DNA of 64,000 nucleotides from Octopus vulgaris (taxonomy: Eukaryota), in NCBI GenBank assembly GCA_951406725.2, contig OX597819.1, forward strand, positions 12,400,001-12,464,000. Reading direction: 5' to 3'. Of the stretch, positions 62,740 through 64,000 are shown piece after piece. The notes beneath the pieces are model-generated. The model made no database searches, had not been told where the DNA came from, and saw nothing but the letters and a program-made list of their open reading frames with translations. A program made the translations under genes and the position numbers. Every line of letters begins with the position of its first letter. Within the stretch, counting starts at the first letter, position 1.

Positions 62740-64000
62740 CGACCATAAATGTAGACACAATGAAAGGTAGGTCTGGGAAGGTTATGGAAATGACAGAGTT
62801 GAGATGAGTGAATGAATGTGGTGTGCAAGAGGTAAGATGGAAAAGATCCTCAACCAAATTTCTCATGAGCAGGAGACAGTGATATAAATTCTTCTAGGGG
62901 ACAGTGAGAGCAAGGATGAAGTAGACCTGCTGCTAGCTGAGAAATGTAGAGAAAAATTAACTTAAGTAGTCTGGGTGTACAATAGAATAATTAAGATAAA
63001 GCCAGATTTAGGCAGCTTAACAATGATGGTTATCTCTGCATATGCTTCACAAGCATGATTGACATCCTTCTGCAGACTACCTCAATGACAACTGACAGCA
63101 ACTTCATCATTGTGGTTGGCAATATCAACAGTGATGTTGGTCGATATGTTAATGACTTCCATGACATACATAGAGGTTATGGACAGGGTGCAAGAAACAA
63201 GGAGGGTGAAAGGCTCCTGCAGTTCAGTGATGCTGGCCAACCATTTCCTCACCTACCAATCTAGTGGACACACAGGTTAGACAGATTACATTCTCACCAG
63301 GAAGAGAAACACAAGAGCTATTGTAAATGCCAAAACCTTTGCTTGTAAAGAATGCACCAGACAACATAAATTAGCAGCTTTTAAGTTCAAAGTCAGAACT
63401 AGAAAGATACAGAAACAAATGACAACATGAGGAGGGAAGATGTGGAAACTAAAAGATCCTGCAATTGGGAACGTAACTATAGGGAGGAAAATTTAGGCAC
63501 CATTAGCAATACATGACAACTGGGAATTTCTACAAGATAACCTGCTTAGGGCTACAGAACAGACCTGTGGCTGGAGGAAAGTCTCTGCCAAACCAAAAGT
63601 AATGTCATGGTGGAACGATATGGCTGATAGCGAAGTAAAAGCTGAGACAGATTTGGAAAACTTAGGAAGAATAATCGAATGAATAAAAAGGTGGTAAGGT
63701 TACAAGTATACTTGGCTAAGGGTGAAGCACAGGGAAAGATATTTGTAGCTGTCTTGCAACATAAGGGATCAGAGGCATGATGTGTTTGGAATTGTAAGAC
63801 AGTGTGAGAGAGAGAACTGTGATGCCATTGACAAGAAGTGCATTCAGAATAATGATGGCATTACTCATTAACAATATGGAAGATGATAAACTCACACAGA
63901 ACTGCTTTTATGAGAGGCTGCTTAATTTGGAGAACATATGAGATAAAGAGGGGATACCTAATGCAGATCCTATGCAGGGACCAATAATTCAAACTGAAAG
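62740..64000 (+). pseudogene. Degenerate RTE LINE 5' part (AP endonuclease region)
   Basis: TINVDTMKGRSG.V.EM...GVQEVRWK, VISAYA.Q, IIVVGNINSDVG...RGYG.GARNKEGERLLQF, DYILTR, WEFLQDNLLRATEQTCGW. Confidence 0.85.

Overview
AT-rich, repeat-dense eukaryotic genomic DNA. The SINE families, microsatellites and RTE/CR1/mariner/Helitron debris suggest a cephalopod, probably Octopus (inference). Two host genes are supported, both on the minus strand. (1) The large first coding exon of DNAAF2/kintoun (20715-18985), with an X-box/ETS/CCAAT promoter that may be shared with an unidentified divergent transcript. (2) A selenoprotein M (SELENOM) gene that the ORF track breaks up: three coding exons (44393-44323, 43133-43055, 41515-41414) splice in frame, carry an in-frame TGA in a CTGU redox motif, end in the ER-retention signal HADL, and are followed by an AA-type SECIS hairpin (40695-40612) and a poly(A) signal. 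SELENOM exon 1 and the downstream DNAAF2 exons were not found. Most other ORFs in the track are artefacts of SINEs or simple repeats. Notable non-genic structure includes two Penelope-type minimal hammerhead motifs (one in a tRNA-headed element inside a SELENOM intron), several fold-back palindromes, a Helitron flanked by a 126-bp duplication, and satellites expanded from inside retroelement tails. Repeat boundaries are approximate, read by eye.
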